DNA of 64,000 nt, taken from a plasmid. The notes below the pieces were generated by a model. It did not search any database and was not told where the DNA came from. It saw only the letters and a program-made list of their open reading frames with translations. Below are positions 60,999-64,000 of the stretch, one piece after another. Position 1 is the stretch's first letter. Each line of letters begins with the position of its first letter. A program made the position numbers and the translations under genes. The stretch is taken from sequence record NZ_CP040051.1; one strand, written 5' to 3'.

Positions 60999-61298
60999 AA
61001 ATGAAACCTCACATATATATAAGACTTATCCACAGGCTTTGAAATGAAACCTCACATATCGGAAATGAAACCTCACATATATATTTTAATAATTAAATTT
61101 CAATACTTTATTGTAGGTGCCTTAATTGAAATGAAACCTCACACATCGGAAATGAAACCTCACATTTGTTGAAATGAAACCTCACACAAAATTTAATAAT
61201 TTAACATTTTAAGACTTAAGTTATTGAAAATAAATTAAATAAATGAAACCTCACATTATTTGAAATGAAACCTCACACATTGGAAATGAAACCTCACA
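60999..61298. repeat. nine direct repeats of AAATGAAACCTCACA (iterons) at 21-22 bp or 44-69 bp spacing, a putative oriV/Rep-binding array
   Basis: Copies start at 60999, 61043, 61064, 61129, 61150, 61172, 61241, 61263 and 61284, with AT-rich DNA on either side. Confidence 0.75.
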
Positions 61299-61558
61299 TT
61301 GCAAGATAAAAATTAATAAAATCAATGAAATACAATTACCCCCTATATAGAATAAATTTAAATTTATATTTATATAAATTTATATATATAGGAAGGACTT
61401 TCTTAGGTTTTTTGAATGTTTTATTCTTTAAAATACGGCTATATCTTTTTTTTTAAAATCATTTCCATTTTCCTTTTTTTGTTTTAAAATCATATTTCGC
61501 TATCCACTATTCTTTTTGACACCAGCTCATACAACAGAGCAATATAGTAGGTATTAAC

Positions 61559-62935
61559 ATGATTAAAAACAATGACTTGGATAATCTAAAAAATTTGAAT
61601 AGAAATATTATTCAAAATAAACCTAATTCTGCTCCAGCTACTCCTCAAAGGCTTTTCGTTTATCTTGATGGTATCGCACAAAACAACGATGGCCATGATT
61701 ATGCTTATGGAACAAACGTCCTAACCAATGAAAAAGTGAAAGTTAGACTAACAACAATTGATGAAAGAATTGATGACTTAGTTGACTCTGGTAGAGCAAA
61801 GAACAGACAACAAGTTGCCTCTCAAGTAACAAATCAGTATCAAAACTCTGCCAATCCTCGTCAATCTTTAAAAGCGCGACTGAACAGCAATGTAGTTGTA
61901 CTTAGTTTTGATCAATCTTTTGAAATAAAGAGTGAAGATAATTACCGGTCATATCGTAGCCATTGGGCAGAATCAGTAACAAGCAATCCTAGTTCACAAC
62001 TAATTACAGCTCCCGTTCATATCCAATTTGTAAATAATCAAAGACCTTTCGGACGTGTCGAAATTTTAGAAGAGAATTTTAAAATAGATATTGGATCCTC
62101 AAAGGAAAATATAAAAGATGCATTTTTAAAATCTCTTGTACATCAAGATGAGTTCAGCGCTGAAAGATCCGGATCTTTAAATTATATACTGCGTTATAAA
62201 GATACTAATGAACCAATCTATCAAGGTTCTTTGCAAACTTTTTTACAACAAGTATCTGTAGGTCCTGACCGATCTATCCGGATACCAGCGGATATTAATA
62301 CTACTCTCAATAATTTAATGAGTAAGCCTTTAACCACGCAGGATTTCACACCTGACGATAGTATGATGTTTAATCATGATTTAAATCGAATATTGGTAAA
62401 TAGATTTCTTGGTGTTGAATTTTCTCAAAAACTAGAAACTTCTAATCCACAATTACAAGATAACCTACGTCTTATTTCTGGAAAGTTGAAAAAGGGTGAA
62501 ATTTATCTTGATGCTTATTCAACTCAAAATATCTTTTTTGGTAGAGATACACTTAAGACATATCAAGCTAAAGCAAATAGAAATAGCAGTCCATTAAAAA
62601 TCTATACTGTTACTGATATGCACAATGAACAACCAGTTTATCAAAAAGGTTATATACATTCTTTAGTTGGCATTGATAGACATTCAGACACTTTAGCTCC
62701 TTTTGTCACATTTAGTTCTACTACTGATCCAATGGCAGTATCAAAGAAAATTCAAGATTTAAATATTAATGAGGAAAATTTAAAGCGAACCATTTATCTA
62801 AAAGAAGAATTCCAAAAGCATCCATTACCTAATAGTGCTGCTCCAGTTGTGGATAAAGAAAGAGCAAGTATCAATAGAATTCGGGAAGAAATGCAAAATC
62901 AATCTAATAACTCAATAAATTTTAATAATATTTAA
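61559..62935 (+). CDS. hypothetical protein (458 aa)
   Basis: ORF reading away from the iterons on the other side. Confidence 0.35.
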   Translation: MIKNNDLDNLKNLNRNIIQNKPNSAPATPQRLFVYLDGIAQNNDGHDYAYGTNVLTNEKVKVRLTTIDERIDDLVDSGRAKNRQQVASQVTNQYQNSANPRQSLKARLNSNVVVLSFDQSFEIKSEDNYRSYRSHWAESVTSNPSSQLITAPVHIQFVNNQRPFGRVEILEENFKIDIGSSKENIKDAFLKSLVHQDEFSAERSGSLNYILRYKDTNEPIYQGSLQTFLQQVSVGPDRSIRIPADINTTLNNLMSKPLTTQDFTPDDSMMFNHDLNRILVNRFLGVEFSQKLETSNPQLQDNLRLISGKLKKGEIYLDAYSTQNIFFGRDTLKTYQAKANRNSSPLKIYTVTDMHNEQPVYQKGYIHSLVGIDRHSDTLAPFVTFSSTTDPMAVSKKIQDLNINEENLKRTIYLKEEFQKHPLPNSAAPVVDKERASINRIREEMQNQSNNSINFNNI

Positions 62936-62949
62936 AAGGATTAGATGAT

Positions 62950-64000
62950 ATGAGCGTTTTAGATAAAAAAGGTTTTATTTGGGTTAATTTAGAATCTTTT
63001 GGATATTTAACTAGACCATCACGACGTAAAGAAAACAACCAAATCGGTATTGAAATAGTTGATCTCAATAATCAACTAGATATCGATAAATTAAGATCCT
63101 TTAATGTTCATGTTGAAAAAGTGAATAAATCAAGTGTTCTTGATGTTTACTGGTCAAGCATTTCAATTAAGGACTTTTCTAATTTTATTGGTGTTGATAA
63201 CAACAATATTCCCTTTCAATCCATTACATTGGCTCAGCTTAATGCTGAGTTCAATAACTCTGTTCGTTCTCTTGCCCAACAAAGAGTTGACTATGCCATT
63301 AGACATGCGACATTAATTGGTCAAAACCTGAATAAACAATATGTTTATGCTACACAATATTCACGATTTTATTTGGATCAGCCTTTAACTGAAATTGCTA
63401 AGAATGGAACAATCTCAATTGATCCCGCGCAATTTGAAGCACGATTACCTCAAGAAGATTATTGGAAAATACTTAAAGTTGGCAATCAGCCAAAGTTTAA
63501 GCGAGCTAATATGGCACATTGTGCAAAAAGCTTTGCTAGTAGCATAGTTGAAGGAACAACAAACATTCATGATTCAGATGTTGAGTTGTTTTTAAAAAAA
63601 ATATTAAACGACAACCATGATAGATCTTATTTGAATGAAATAAAGCCGACAATTAAGCAATTTTTCTATGAACAGCTTGAATGTTGTTTTAATAGTTTAA
63701 GTAATCAATTTAACGTACATAATTTCAATTCTTTTGAAAAAATTATTGAAATCCATAACAAACAACCAGTTAAACCGATCATTGGTATTTCTGAGCTGCA
63801 ACTGCAACAATTTTCAACTCCTATAACAATTTCAGCAATATGTCAGAAATTATTATTCAATCCTGAAACTCTAGATACTGGAAAAACTCTACTTGAACCT
63901 ACTATTGGTAATGGATCCTTAGTTGCTCATTTCATAAAAAAACCGCAACTTAAAATCGTTGGTGTTGAAATTGATTCGAATCGGGTGAAAAATACCCAGC
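62950..64000 (+). CDS. large protein whose C-terminal part carries N6-adenine/N4-type SAM methyltransferase motifs; 3' end outside the window
   Basis: EPTIGNGSLVAHF (motif I-like EPxxGxGxF) and KIVGVEID (motif II-like) at the window edge. The frame is open to base 64000. Confidence 0.45.
   Translation, partial: MSVLDKKGFIWVNLESFGYLTRPSRRKENNQIGIEIVDLNNQLDIDKLRSFNVHVEKVNKSSVLDVYWSSISIKDFSNFIGVDNNNIPFQSITLAQLNAEFNNSVRSLAQQRVDYAIRHATLIGQNLNKQYVYATQYSRFYLDQPLTEIAKNGTISIDPAQFEARLPQEDYWKILKVGNQPKFKRANMAHCAKSFASSIVEGTTNIHDSDVELFLKKILNDNHDRSYLNEIKPTIKQFFYEQLECCFNSLSNQFNVHNFNSFEKIIEIHNKQPVKPIIGISELQLQQFSTPITISAICQKLLFNPETLDTGKTLLEPTIGNGSLVAHFIKKPQLKIVGVEIDSNRVKNTQ

Noticed and set aside
60999-61298. 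Possible CRISPR array, given short direct repeats separated by short unique spacers
   Set aside because: The repeats are only 15 bp with irregular spacing (6-54 bp of spacer) and there are no cas genes. The pattern fits plasmid iterons, not CRISPR.

Overview
The window is a mosaic multidrug-resistance region in three blocks. Block A (1-10719) is about 50-57% GC. It carries the 3' part of ISCR2 with the classic delta-glmM-sul2 module, a ParA/ParB partition pair, a small SAM-methyltransferase-like gene, and a tightly packed co-directional operon of nine small genes (6723-10595). That operon includes a DnaJ-type zinc-finger protein and a degenerate C5-cytosine-methyltransferase-like protein; which backbone block A belongs to is not resolved. 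Block B (10720-34569) is a Tn1548-like composite transposon of about 23.9 kb, bounded by two directly oriented IS26 copies. Its gene order is delta-intI1 (PcW) - arr-2 - cmlA - qacEdelta1 - sul1 - ISCR1 - blaPER (PER-1 family, context typical of PER-7) - gst - delta-abct - delta-qacEdelta1 - sul1 (frameshifted) - ISCR1 (frameshifted) - IS5-family fragment - IS10-like IS - armA - second IS4-family IS - msr(E) - mph(E) - pdif site - HTH orf - delta-repAciN. No 8-bp target duplication flanks the IS26 pair, so blocks A and C were probably joined by an IS26-mediated event. Block C (34570-64000) is AT-rich, Acinetobacter-plasmid-like backbone. It carries a Xer-like tyrosine recombinase, an epsilon/zeta-like toxin-antitoxin pair with an unusually long 500-aa toxin, a GHKL-ATPase gene (704 aa, with a C-terminal HExxH motif) coupled to a small downstream gene, an M48 protease, duplicated TetR/membrane-protein pairs, an HNH-motif protein, a 0.9-kb non-coding region with inverted repeats and a motif array, an operon of small lipoprotein/membrane proteins, an H-NS-like gene, a nine-copy iteron array (putative oriV), and the 5' part of a large N6-methyltransferase-domain protein. 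Every sequence difference between the duplicated qacEdelta1-sul1-ISCR1 repeats and between the two IS26 copies, apart from one C-homopolymer insertion, is a single-base loss at a CCGG tetranucleotide. This points to a systematic, possibly methylation-linked, base-calling artefact, so the frameshifts reported here should be treated with caution. The most novel candidates are the GHKL/HExxH two-gene module, the HNH two-gene module, the block-A operon with shared palindromic operators, and the 54-kb repeat region.
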